This document shows, piece after piece, positions 1 to 8,491 of a stretch of 64,000 nt of DNA. The stretch's first letter is position 1, and each line of letters begins with the position of its first letter. This DNA comes from a virus. The stretch is from the IMG/VR virus record IMGVR_UViG_3300029106_000003, positions 1,317 through 65,316 of that record. The stretch is one strand, 5' to 3'. Position numbers and translations under genes: made by a program. The notes beneath the pieces are model-generated. The model was not told the origin of the DNA, made no database searches, and saw only the letters and a program-made list of their open reading frames with translations.

Positions 1-68
1 CCGTATCGGGAAAGGTACTCCGTCATGCCAGAGGGGAAAATATCATAAATGTCTAATCGTTGGTTCAT
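1..68 (-). CDS. First 22 codons of a CDS running off the left edge; product unknown
   Basis: ATG at 68-66 (minus), frame open to position 1 (MNQRLDIYDIFPSGMTEYLSRYG...); too short to classify. Confidence 0.3.
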   Translation of the reverse strand, partial: MNQRLDIYDIFPSGMTEYLSRY

Positions 69-119
69 AACACTGCTTTTTTATGTTTTTGAAGAGAGAG
101 GGGATTTCTCCCCTCCCGA

Positions 120-434
120 TTAATAGAACTCGCCGTTGGCCCGTCTGCGTCTGCGTTCCCCCATTTCGTCATAGTACGAAGGAGGATAACCGGGAGCATA
201 ACGGTTGTTCATTCCACTGGAAGAACCTCCGCCATAATTCCCGCCGCCGTAACTGCCGCCATTATTGCCACGGAAGCCCATATCGCCGCCCTGCATTTCC
301 CGCATGGCAGCTTCATAGCCTTTCTTGTAGCCGTGCTCGCAACCTTCCTTGTAGGCCATTTCGAGCTCTCTACCGCCGCGTTCATTGAATCCTTCATATC
401 CACGGCCTTCTTCTAATATTGACCACATTCCCAT
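120..434 (-). CDS. Small Gly/Tyr-rich protein, unknown function
   Basis: ORF 120-467; ATG at 434 lies 1 nt after the stop of the upstream ORF (436); low-complexity GGSYGGGNYGGGSSSG tract. Confidence 0.5.
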   Translation of the reverse strand: MGMWSILEEGRGYEGFNERGGRELEMAYKEGCEHGYKKGYEAAMREMQGGDMGFRGNNGGSYGGGNYGGGSSSGMNNRYAPGYPPSYYDEMGERRRRRANGEFY

Positions 435-435
435 A

Positions 436-978
436 TTACTTTTTGTTTTTAGAAGTTTCAGAAACACTGAGCTGTTCCATCAGTTTCTTGTTCATGGCCA
501 TTAGGTCGGCCATGCTTCTGCTCATTTCGGACATCTGCCCTTTGAGGGTGGCAATCTCCTGCTCCTGCCTTTGCTTCTCCGCAAATTCGGGATTCAAAAT
601 TGTCAATATCTTGTCGCACCCGGCAATCACGTTCTCGTGGTAATTACGCCGGTTCAGTTCGTCCAAGCTCTTTTGCCGGATAGCCGACACTTCCGAGTTC
701 ATGGCCTCTCTGGAACAAGATATGACGATGTTTCCGTTTTGCCCGAAGTCAGCGATGTCCGCCCCTGCCGGCAAGTTCTGGAACGTCGTGTTCTGCCCGT
801 TCACGCAGACCACCACGTCCACCACCATTTCCATCTGTGGTATCTGCCCGATAGGTGTCGGCATGGGGTACTTGGGCTTCGCAGCCGAAACGCTGACGAC
901 GGAACCTATATCCACTAAGGGATTTTCGTCCTTATGAAGGATAAATAACTGGTTGTTTGCTCGAAGATTCTGAAACAT
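436..978 (-). CDS. Hypothetical protein with C-terminal coiled-coil
   Basis: ORF track, ATG start verified; heptad-like Q/E/K/M-rich C-terminus; no catalytic motif recognised. Confidence 0.6.
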   Translation of the reverse strand: MFQNLRANNQLFILHKDENPLVDIGSVVSVSAAKPKYPMPTPIGQIPQMEMVVDVVVCVNGQNTTFQNLPAGADIADFGQNGNIVISCSREAMNSEVSAIRQKSLDELNRRNYHENVIAGCDKILTILNPEFAEKQRQEQEIATLKGQMSEMSRSMADLMAMNKKLMEQLSVSETSKNKK

Positions 979-1029
979 AGTTTTTTTTGATTTAATGGGA
1001 CTGCCCGATAAAAGGCAGCCCCGTGTTAA

Positions 1030-1440
1030 TTATTTGCTTTTGGCAGCGACGTTGGTTGCCGCCGTCGCCGTAGTAGGTCTGTACCCACCGTTGACAAGGT
1101 ACACTTCGTTGGTGTACTTGTTGTAATGGATTTCATAGATCCCAGTACCGGCTATATTCTCTACCGTCACCGGCTCGTTGTTGTAAGCCAGCAGAGGTCT
1201 CGTGTCCCCATTCGTCCCGATGAGAATGGGAAGCGTTGCGGTCGTTCCGGCGGGTATCGCCTGACGGAGATTGATATAGAATCCTCCCACATAGTCCCTG
1301 TTACGGAACGCATGGTCGGGAAGTTCCAAAGTCACGTTCTCCGTGCCGACCGTCACCGCCACCGTTGGCAGCGTGTTGAAATTCGCCCTGCCCAACGTCG
1401 GGAACGGAAAGGGAAACCCTGTAAAAAAGTTAGGCCACAT
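1030..1440 (-). CDS. Hypothetical protein
   Basis: ORF 1030-1491; ATG at 1440 lies after the upstream stop (1464) and is preceded by AAGGAGG. Confidence 0.6.
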   Translation of the reverse strand: MWPNFFTGFPFPFPTLGRANFNTLPTVAVTVGTENVTLELPDHAFRNRDYVGGFYINLRQAIPAGTTATLPILIGTNGDTRPLLAYNNEPVTVENIAGTGIYEIHYNKYTNEVYLVNGGYRPTTATAATNVAAKSK

Positions 1441-1463
1441 ATATACCTCCTTTCTTACTGGAA

Positions 1464-2408
1464 TTAACCCCAGTAGTTGTTGCAACCGCATCCGTAACCG
1501 CTGCGCCCGTATGCGACATCGCCCGCATAAGCTCCATAAGCGGCAGCCCGGTACAAGTCCGTGTTTACAGCCTGAATGTTCGGATATACCACGGGAACGG
1601 TATTGGGCAATTTACACTTGATGCCGTCCACATCGCTTTGGAGAGCCTGCAAACCGGCAGCGAGGGGAGCAATCTGTTGCCCTACCGCATTGAGAATGGT
1701 CGCATTCTGGTTACGTTGGGAGATTTCAGCCGCCAAAGTAGCCTTCTCTGCCGTCAAAGCGGTGATCTTGTCCTGTAAAGCCTGAGTTTGGATAGAATCT
1801 AGCTTCGCCAAAATGGCACGAGTGTTCTCATTGCCGCTGTCCACGAGGGAATGGGTTTGTTCCGAGGTGGCGATACGGGTTTCATATCCCTGTCTCTCGA
1901 TTGCGTTTTGCGTCTTGCAGCAGCAATCTGCGATTTGAGTCGCCAGCGTACAATTACTCGATTGAATGCTGTTGATGATCTGTTGTGCGGACATGCCCAC
2001 TTGGTTGCCGACACCCTGAATCAAGCCCTGAATGTTGCACAAGGCGGATTGTAACTGTTGGGTAGAGCAGTTCAAGGACGAAGCGAGTTGGTTGATGGCA
2101 TTACCGTTCCCTTGAATGGCCGACATCAGGTATTCACGTCCTACATCGCCGTTCAACTCGGCAGGAAGCCCGCCCCGGTTGCCAAAACCTCCGAATCCGT
2201 TACCGCCCCAGCAGAACCACAGCAGGATAATCCAAATCCACCACATGCCTCCGCCCCAAGCGTCCTGATTGTTCCTTCCCTGATTGAGAAGGGCCAAGAG
2301 TCCGGGATCGACCCCTTTACCGCCCATCAGGTTGGGCAATAAAGCCATGATGTCGAACTTGCTTCCGCCACCATTGGGCTCTTGATTGAAAACATACGTT
2401 CTTTCCAT
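1464..2408 (-). CDS. Membrane-anchored Gly/Trp/Cys-rich coiled-coil protein, unknown function
   Basis: ORF 1464-2447, start taken at MERTYVF (ATG 2408); single Trp-rich TM (MWWIWIILLWFCW) flanked by Gly runs; Q/A-rich heptad region; CCC and GCGC motifs. Confidence 0.6.
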   Translation of the reverse strand: MERTYVFNQEPNGGGSKFDIMALLPNLMGGKGVDPGLLALLNQGRNNQDAWGGGMWWIWIILLWFCWGGNGFGGFGNRGGLPAELNGDVGREYLMSAIQGNGNAINQLASSLNCSTQQLQSALCNIQGLIQGVGNQVGMSAQQIINSIQSSNCTLATQIADCCCKTQNAIERQGYETRIATSEQTHSLVDSGNENTRAILAKLDSIQTQALQDKITALTAEKATLAAEISQRNQNATILNAVGQQIAPLAAGLQALQSDVDGIKCKLPNTVPVVYPNIQAVNTDLYRAAAYGAYAGDVAYGRSGYGCGCNNYWG

Positions 2409-2471
2409 ATAGATATAATTGATGGTTACGGCCAATATCGGCCGCATACAAACGTATGGCTATTGCCGTTG

Positions 2472-2771
2472 CTATCCTCTGATTTCGGTGGCTATCCTGT
2501 TGCTGACCCGTTGATTTGTCGTTGTCAGAATAAAACTTCCCGAACACCGCTGTTTCAGGCTGTTTTTCAATTTGTTCACTCCCTGTCGGGTCATGGAAAG
2601 ATAAGCGGCGGTGTTCTCCTCGGAGAAGCCGAGCGATACCAACGCACAGATGAGCAGGCAACGTGCGTCGACCGCATTTTTGTTCGCCCCGTTGATCAAT
2701 TCGCCGTAACACAGCTCACATTCCTCGCAAACGATTTGCAAGACGTGTTCAAAGATTTCATTAGTTTTCAT
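2472..2771 (-). CDS. Small HTH-type DNA-binding protein (DnaA C-terminal-like helix-turn-helix)
   Basis: 99 aa; pattern ...NAVDARCLLICALVSLGFSEENTAAYLSMTRQGVNKL... resembles the DnaA-C/regulatory HTH; first gene after terminator 2818-2880. Confidence 0.5.
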   Translation of the reverse strand: MKTNEIFEHVLQIVCEECELCYGELINGANKNAVDARCLLICALVSLGFSEENTAAYLSMTRQGVNKLKNSLKQRCSGSFILTTTNQRVSNRIATEIRG

Positions 2772-2817
2772 ATCTCTTGCCTTTTTAAATATTTGTTAAA
2801 TTATAGATTGTTGACAC

Positions 2818-2880
2818 AATAAAAAACATCACGTTTCTGTTTAAAGGCTGTGAAAGCCTCGTAACATTCCCCGTGATGTT
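2818..2880 (-). terminator. Intrinsic terminator closing the lysis cassette
   Basis: Minus strand: AACATCACG ... CGTGATGTT 9-bp outer stem enclosing the inner hairpin AGGCT-TTCAC-AGCCT, followed by TTTTTTATT. Confidence 0.5.
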
Positions 2881-2965
2881 GTCTCTTGTTAGTTTTGGAA
2901 GAGCAGCAAGAGATTGAGGCTTTCCTCTTTATACTCCGAAGCCCCGGAAGGAGTCGTAAATCAAA

Positions 2966-3355
2966 TTATATCAAGAAACCCAGTCCTTTCAATTTTGTTA
3001 TCCATTTCACGATGTAAGGGAAGAGCAGCAAGACAATGCCACCGAGAGCCCACCAGCACCATCGGGGAGTCTTGTACTTTACTACCTCGACGGGGTATGG
3101 TACTTGTATGCTTTCCGTCTTGGATATATACAGCGTATCGGTTCTGTCCTTGAACCTATATATGTACTTGTATTGGAACTCCCGTATCGTGTCTCCCGAT
3201 TTCTCGATGAAAACACTGTCCCGCATGTATATGGAATCGAGCTGCACACGATTCAGATACACCGTGTCGCTCTTTGTCGTTTCCACAGGAACATACACAT
3301 GTCTGGTACAACTCGTCGCAGCCAAAAACAACAATAGGAATACGATATGTCTCAT
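2966..3355 (-). CDS. Unimolecular-spanin-like lipoprotein (N-terminal lipobox plus C-terminal TM)
   Basis: Start MRHIVFLLLFLAATSC (signal peptide and Cys lipobox); C-terminal TM WCWWALGGIVLLLFPYIV; its ATG overlaps the endolysin stop as ATGA (3352-3355). Confidence 0.6.
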   Translation of the reverse strand: MRHIVFLLLFLAATSCTRHVYVPVETTKSDTVYLNRVQLDSIYMRDSVFIEKSGDTIREFQYKYIYRFKDRTDTLYISKTESIQVPYPVEVVKYKTPRWCWWALGGIVLLLFPYIVKWITKLKGLGFLI

Positions 3356-3750
3356 AGGCTCAGTATTTGTTTCCGGTTCTTCGATGTCGACACATAAGAC
3401 ACGTGCACCCAACTGTAATTGCTCTCGTCAATCAACTGGTCGAAGGGAAGGTTATCCCGAATCAACTCGAACAGCTTCTTGTTCTCCGTCTTGCTCCCTG
3501 CCGTTATATCCGCCGCCTCGCCCCTCATGTGCTGGCTCGTTTTCGCACCACCCACAGCGGCATTGAGTTTGGAACAACGATAGCCCGAATTGACGGTTAT
3601 CGCCTTCCCGTACATCTCCCGCAGTGGGTCTAAAACATGGGTGACAAGGTTCGACAACTGGGCCGACACTTCGGTCGTCGGGGTATTGTCTATACCCAGT
3701 TTATCGGCCGTTGAACTCTTTGTGAGTTCTTTCATCGTGAAGTATTTCAT
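3352..3750 (-). CDS. Endolysin, peptidase M15 (D-Ala-D-Ala carboxypeptidase / L-Ala-D-Glu peptidase family)
   Basis: Zn-ligand pattern SQHMRGEAAD ... SWVHVS typical of Peptidase_M15_3 phage lysins. Confidence 0.85.
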   Translation of the reverse strand: MKYFTMKELTKSSTADKLGIDNTPTTEVSAQLSNLVTHVLDPLREMYGKAITVNSGYRCSKLNAAVGGAKTSQHMRGEAADITAGSKTENKKLFELIRDNLPFDQLIDESNYSWVHVSYVSTSKNRKQILSL

Positions 3751-4031
3751 ATCTCGAAGATTAAGTTTTCCATGTTGTTAATTCTGTCCGGCTCAGATAC
3801 GAGCAAATCCTCTTCCGGAAATTTTTCTTGAAATTCTTTCCATAACAGATACTCCATTTCCATGTATTCTTCACTGCCTCTTCTTATGCTTTCAGGAGAG
3901 ACCTCCACGATATGGAAGTTGGTCTGTATGTCGTAGGCATACCTGATACTTATTCCCGGTATTTTCGAGGCAATCGATTGAATCGTCTCGATGACAAAAT
4001 CCTGTACATTCTTATTCATGTCTTTCTTCAT
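3747..4031 (-). CDS. Hypothetical protein
   Basis: ORF 3747-4070; ATG MKKDMNKN at 4031 lies just downstream of terminator 4042-4073; 4-nt overlap with the endolysin start. Confidence 0.5.
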   Translation of the reverse strand: MKKDMNKNVQDFVIETIQSIASKIPGISIRYAYDIQTNFHIVEVSPESIRRGSEEYMEMEYLLWKEFQEKFPEEDLLVSEPDRINNMENLIFEI

Positions 4032-4041
4032 TTTTGGCGAC

Positions 4042-4073
4042 AAAAAAAGCGGTGACTTTTTTAGAATCACCGC
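4042..4073 (-). terminator. Rho-independent terminator
   Basis: Minus strand GCGGTGA-loop-TCACCGC followed by TTTTTTTG. Confidence 0.65.
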
Positions 4074-4156
4074 TTGTAACGAATGTATGAGAGAGTAGCC
4101 TTAGGGTTAGGCTTATCCGTTATTGAAAATGGGACAAACGTAGGCCGAAGGCATTA

Positions 4157-4345
4157 TCAATCCTCTCTCCTCAATTCATCGAGCCATTGTACTGGGTTGA
4201 CATCTTTTAGACGAGGATAAGCCTTTTCGATTAAAGAATTTAAATAACTTTCATCGAATTTTGGAGAATAATCAGCCGGTATCGGAGGTTTAGAATCCGT
4301 ATCGGACGAGTTCTGGACATAGGGGAATGAACCTTTTGTATCCAT
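4157..4345 (-). CDS. Small hypothetical protein (third gene of the PanA cassette)
   Basis: ORF 4157-4540 overlaps the TM-protein gene in another frame; only the part from MDTKGSF (4345) is non-overlapping. Confidence 0.35.
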   Translation of the reverse strand: MDTKGSFPYVQNSSDTDSKPPIPADYSPKFDESYLNSLIEKAYPRLKDVNPVQWLDELRRED

Positions 4346-4356
4346 GTGAACAATGT

Positions 4357-4704
4357 TTATTTTTTTCGGTTCGGGAAAATACCCTTTAATACGATATTGG
4401 CTAAACCTAATACATTGATAGTTGTCGTAGCCAGTAGAGATATCAATATTTCCGGTCCCAATGAAAATAATCCGATCCCGCAAAATACAAGAATGGCAAT
4501 TACTATGAATAACCATATGGGGATAATCCACATGACCCATCTGGCCAAATGTTTACGAAATTGTGTATCTTGTGAATATCGCTCCCGTATTTGTTCGGAT
4601 AAATTCTTGTCGTCTATATCGCCCAAATTTGAGTCGGGAGAAATATGGACACCATTCTCACTACGTAAATCCAAGCCGCTAAAAGAATCTTTCTGTTTAG
4701 TCAT
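4357..4704 (-). CDS. Two-TM small membrane protein; candidate PanT-type toxin
   Basis: 115 aa, hydrophobic helices WVMWIIPIWLFIVIAILVFCGIGLF and ILISLLATTTINVLGLANIVL; ATGA overlap (4701-4704) with the upstream Panacea gene. Confidence 0.6.
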   Translation of the reverse strand: MTKQKDSFSGLDLRSENGVHISPDSNLGDIDDKNLSEQIRERYSQDTQFRKHLARWVMWIIPIWLFIVIAILVFCGIGLFSLGPEILISLLATTTINVLGLANIVLKGIFPNRKK

Positions 4705-5180
4705 GCTTTGGGAGAAATTAGTGTCTTAAAATACTCTTGGATATAACTATCCGGGATTCTATCCCCCCAGCTGAATGAAGGCTGCTTAACGGTCCTATCC
4801 CACGGAGAACCGGGCTTGTGAGACCATTCCGTCAGATAGGCGGCAGTTTTAGAACCATAGCTGCCAAAGACCAGTTTCATCAGAGATTCCATTTCGGAAT
4901 CACGGGCTATTTTTTCAAGGTTTTCATCAGAAAGGGAAATTTCTGAAAAATCCTTTTTTATCAATTTATTTCGAGTGGTCGGGAAAACCGGACCATACGG
5001 CCAAGCCTGAGGGTGCTCGTTTGTCAAGCGTTCGTTCTTTACGTAAAGATATACTCCATAAGCTATATACAACAACTTTTGAAGCTTAGTCATGTTAATG
5101 AAAAACTTATTCTGGTTAGCAAACGCAATGATATAGTTTGCAACCGTAACGCTATCGTATTTATAGGTATCGCTTATCAT
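4701..5180 (-). CDS. panA: Panacea (DUF4065, SocA-like) domain antitoxin
   Basis: VANYIIAFA...MTKLQKLLYIAYG...AWPYGPVFP matches the Panacea signature; start taken at MISDTYKYD (5180), alternative ATG at 5213. Confidence 0.75.
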   Translation of the reverse strand: MISDTYKYDSVTVANYIIAFANQNKFFINMTKLQKLLYIAYGVYLYVKNERLTNEHPQAWPYGPVFPTTRNKLIKKDFSEISLSDENLEKIARDSEMESLMKLVFGSYGSKTAAYLTEWSHKPGSPWDRTVKQPSFSWGDRIPDSYIQEYFKTLISPKA

Positions 5181-5313
5181 CTTGTTGCAAAGTAACAAAA
5201 AATATCGTAACATGCAACCAATTCTTATACTTTTTTACGATAAATCAAACGGTGATTCCAAGAAGTCAAAGAACGCTTTCCCGTCGCCGGGTTATAAAAA
5301 TTCATTTTTTTCG

Positions 5314-5583
5314 TCAGGCAATCCAAACTTCGATTTGAATCACCAGCCCGCCCAGTATGGTCGCCAGCAAGTCGGCATACGACCAAGCCCCCGGCTTCTT
5401 CCACTCGTCGGCAGCCTCCTTGATACAGCCCGCTATGGCAGAGAACAGCACACAATATTCCGCCGTCGCACCTATCACGATGGCGAAGAAAGAGGCGATG
5501 ACACCTCCTGCGATAAAATGCAGCAGCTTGTCGTGGGGAATAGACAATAACAACCCTTTGATTCTCTCCAAAATTTTCTTCAT
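5314..5583 (-). CDS. Small multi-TM membrane protein; holin candidate
   Basis: 89 aa with 2-3 hydrophobic helices, located in the lysis region; holin role is positional inference only. Confidence 0.45.
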   Translation of the reverse strand: MKKILERIKGLLLSIPHDKLLHFIAGGVIASFFAIVIGATAEYCVLFSAIAGCIKEAADEWKKPGAWSYADLLATILGGLVIQIEVWIA

Positions 5584-5584
5584 A

Positions 5585-6190
5585 TTATTCGTTATTTAAT
5601 CGGTGATAAAAATCGAGCTTGATACGGTCATAGACAGAAAATACATTGGTTTTAGCCCTGTCATCGTTCACCGTATGGGCATATATCTCGTTCTCGACAA
5701 CCTCTGCCACCCAGTCTATCCATTCAGGATTGGTATAACATGAAAGACGTTTACCCCGATAGGTAAAGTAGTCGAAACGGCTGTTCCTGTCCTCGTACTG
5801 GTTCGTGAGATTTCCGATAATTTTTTCATGCGTCCTATTCCTGTCGGATATATGGTTTTCCTTCCTAACTTGTTCGATAATTTCCAAAACCCGTCTGGCG
5901 GAAAGGTTGAAAAATTCACTCGTCATGTTCTTTATTCGAAGCTGCGTTTCCGGTCTAAGACCTTCCGATATGTCGGACAACATGTTATTCTGGTCGTTCG
6001 TTTTTTCGATAAGCTCTTTCAGGGATTCGCCGTAATCCTCCATACTCTTGGTGATAATCGATTTGAACCACTTGAAGCAGGCCACCATCATCATGGCCGA
6101 CAACACCAAGAAGAATGCTGCGGTCATCACCAAGAACCCCTGTTCGCTTATCCCTCTGGCTACCTCCGTAGCCTCGTTTATCCCTCCCAT
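5585..6190 (-). CDS. N-terminally membrane-anchored hypothetical protein
   Basis: TM FLVMTAAFFLVLSAMMMVACF near the N-terminus; 1-nt spacing to neighbouring genes. Confidence 0.6.
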   Translation of the reverse strand: MGGINEATEVARGISEQGFLVMTAAFFLVLSAMMMVACFKWFKSIITKSMEDYGESLKELIEKTNDQNNMLSDISEGLRPETQLRIKNMTSEFFNLSARRVLEIIEQVRKENHISDRNRTHEKIIGNLTNQYEDRNSRFDYFTYRGKRLSCYTNPEWIDWVAEVVENEIYAHTVNDDRAKTNVFSVYDRIKLDFYHRLNNE

Positions 6191-6191
6191 A

Positions 6192-6578
6192 TCAATGTTT
6201 CTGTTTTTCGATTAACAATCTAGCTTCTCCTTTGCAGGATTCCGCATAGGCGTTATAAGCCTCGAACTCCTCTGCTTTCGTATCTCTTTGCCGAAGTATC
6301 GCCAACTCCTCCGACAATGTATATTTCCGACGAATCAATCCGTTTACCGTTTCTCCGTAGTCTATTTGGGCAGGTGGTGTTCCCGTGTCGTCCTCCGTCG
6401 CTTCCGGTGCTTCCTCGTACTCATAGACTATCGCCCCGTTCCGGTAATACATCACGGGTATTTTTCCGGGTATCTCCTCGGGAGATGGGATAGAATCTAT
6501 TCGTATGAATCCTTCTATCAGGGTTTCGCCATAATAAATATTAGTGACTCTTTCGTCGTATATTTTAATTTGTATCAT
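6192..6578 (-). CDS. Hypothetical protein downstream of the tail fibre (possible fibre accessory protein)
   Basis: ORF track; overlaps the fibre gene by 14 nt; function is positional guess. Confidence 0.55.
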   Translation of the reverse strand: MIQIKIYDERVTNIYYGETLIEGFIRIDSIPSPEEIPGKIPVMYYRNGAIVYEYEEAPEATEDDTGTPPAQIDYGETVNGLIRRKYTLSEELAILRQRDTKAEEFEAYNAYAESCKGEARLLIEKQKH

Positions 6579-8142
6579 ATCTGCTTACGTCTTCAATTAT
6601 TAAAACATTACCTTTTGTGGTGCTATAAACAAAGTTTTTATAATTTGTTTGACGCCATATATTGTTTTGCGAAACTATATCTGCATCTACCCCTCTAAAA
6701 GTTGAATTTAATATTCCATAAGGGTATCTGAAAACATACTTTCCATTATGTGTAAATGCTACTGTTAATCTGTCATCTACATTTATACAATACCCATATT
6801 CCTGCACATTGCCTATATCCCCAAAATTATAACTTGTTGTATTATTTTTATTTGATATATTACTCATATGGCAAATCATATTGCCATTTGAAAAAACATA
6901 TAGTAAGTTTATATTTCCTCCCAAATTTGGAAATGTAAGTTTTTCAAAAGTTAAATCTTCAAGATTTACTTTATACCCATCTTTTGTAAAGGCTATACCA
7001 TCTGTTATTTTTATGTACTTATAATCATAGGCTTTATTTGTAACTAAATTCCCATCAGCATCATACACATATATATGTGGTTTATCATATCTATGAAAGT
7101 AATATACTTTATTATCATAAGCATATACAGCCCCATAATATTTAAGTCCTTCGGGGTTGTCAAGATATTTACCTTCACTTGTTTCTTCATCATACATATA
7201 GACAATATTTACAAACCAACAAATTGCAAAAAATATTTTATTGCCTATTTTACAAAGCACATTTCTCATTACACCAGACTCCACCCTGTTAGATGTATTA
7301 GAAATGTTTACAGTGTATATCTTTTTGAAATATAAATCTGTCTTTGTGAAATTATTTGTAGTTATAATATAATACCCAGTATCATCAAATCTATAAACCC
7401 CTGTAACACTTGATCCAAATTCTGACAAATCAATACATCTTTGAATTGATATTGTACCATCTTCTTGACCGCTAAAAGGCACAAACTCCCCATTCTTATA
7501 CACATAAGAGTGCAAAGTCTCGCCGTCAATGTATATTTTATTCGGGTTGGTCTCGCCACTTGCTTCAATAGCATCGTAGTTTTCATAGACCTCTGATGCC
7601 TTTCCTTCGAGAGCTGTCACACGACCATCTACATTTTGAGCCGCTTGTGTCGCTTTATCGGCTGCCTCATTAGCGAGAGTTGCCGAGTTGTTAGCTTCCG
7701 TTGCGGCATTCTCCGCATTTCCTGCCGCTGTGTTGGCGTTCGATGTGGCTGTGTTTGTATCGGAAATAAGCCCTTCGAGCGTAGTTTGCATTTGGGAAAA
7801 ACTCGTCTCTCTTAGAACTTCCGCTTCGGCTCTATCACTCTCTGCCGAGGCACGGCCGCTTTCAGCCGATTCCCGTTTCGCTTCTTCTGCCGTCAATCTG
7901 TCGCCGAGAGCCTCTATATCCGTGGCCGCCTTGTTTGCCTTTTCAGCCGCTTGATTGGCAACTGCCGCCGCCTCTGTCGCAGGGCGTTGAAGCTCGGCGA
8001 TTTGCTCCGGCGTAAAATCGTCGTAGGTAAAAGGGTCTCCCTTGTCACCTTTTTCACCGGGCAAGGCAACCATTTCCTCCACCACGGCGGCATCGGGCAC
8101 TACCACCTGCTCATGAACAATTATGCAATCACTATCTGCCAT
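6565..8142 (-). CDS. Tail fibre / receptor-binding protein (chimeric)
   Basis: N-terminus has the collagen-like GEKGDKGDP, then an Ala/Glu coiled-coil; C-terminal 330 aa are Tyr/Asn-rich; abrupt GC drop from ~58% to ~27% near 7560. Confidence 0.7.
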   Translation of the reverse strand: MADSDCIIVHEQVVVPDAAVVEEMVALPGEKGDKGDPFTYDDFTPEQIAELQRPATEAAAVANQAAEKANKAATDIEALGDRLTAEEAKRESAESGRASAESDRAEAEVLRETSFSQMQTTLEGLISDTNTATSNANTAAGNAENAATEANNSATLANEAADKATQAAQNVDGRVTALEGKASEVYENYDAIEASGETNPNKIYIDGETLHSYVYKNGEFVPFSGQEDGTISIQRCIDLSEFGSSVTGVYRFDDTGYYIITTNNFTKTDLYFKKIYTVNISNTSNRVESGVMRNVLCKIGNKIFFAICWFVNIVYMYDEETSEGKYLDNPEGLKYYGAVYAYDNKVYYFHRYDKPHIYVYDADGNLVTNKAYDYKYIKITDGIAFTKDGYKVNLEDLTFEKLTFPNLGGNINLLYVFSNGNMICHMSNISNKNNTTSYNFGDIGNVQEYGYCINVDDRLTVAFTHNGKYVFRYPYGILNSTFRGVDADIVSQNNIWRQTNYKNFVYSTTKGNVLIIEDVSRYDTN

Positions 8143-8143
8143 A

Positions 8144-8491
8144 TCACTTGATGATTATATTGGTTTTGTAAACATCTCCATAGTCCCATTTGCCGTCATC
8201 GAAATCGGCATCCTCTATCCAGTAATGCCTCTCGACCGTGAGCAAGCCATAGCGGAAAGTTCCGGAATTGAATATGCCGTACAGCACGCCGTCACGGAAC
8301 ACACAGTTCTTACGTGTCTTCCCGTCGTAGCTCACTTCGCAACAACAACCGGCCTCGTCCTTGTAGATGAACTTAAACTTCTTCGTCTCGGCATCGATCG
8401 GGCTCCCGTTCTTGTCCTCAAATCCAATGGTAAACTTAATATCCTCCCACGAGTATTTCTCTTCGTACTTTTTGTCACTCATCGCTGCCAT
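8144..8491 (-). CDS. Hypothetical structural-module protein
   Basis: ORF track; tight packing; no motif recognised. Confidence 0.6.
   Translation of the reverse strand: MAAMSDKKYEEKYSWEDIKFTIGFEDKNGSPIDAETKKFKFIYKDEAGCCCEVSYDGKTRKNCVFRDGVLYGIFNSGTFRYGLLTVERHYWIEDADFDDGKWDYGDVYKTNIIIK

Noticed and set aside
98-117. Hairpin GAGGGG-ATTT-CCCCTC after the last left-end gene, as a terminator
   Set aside because: There is no T tract on the minus strand downstream of the stem, so the evidence is too weak to annotate.
6565-7560. Diversity-generating retroelement target in the AT-rich fibre C-terminus
   Set aside because: There is no reverse transcriptase gene and no template repeat matching the region anywhere in the window.
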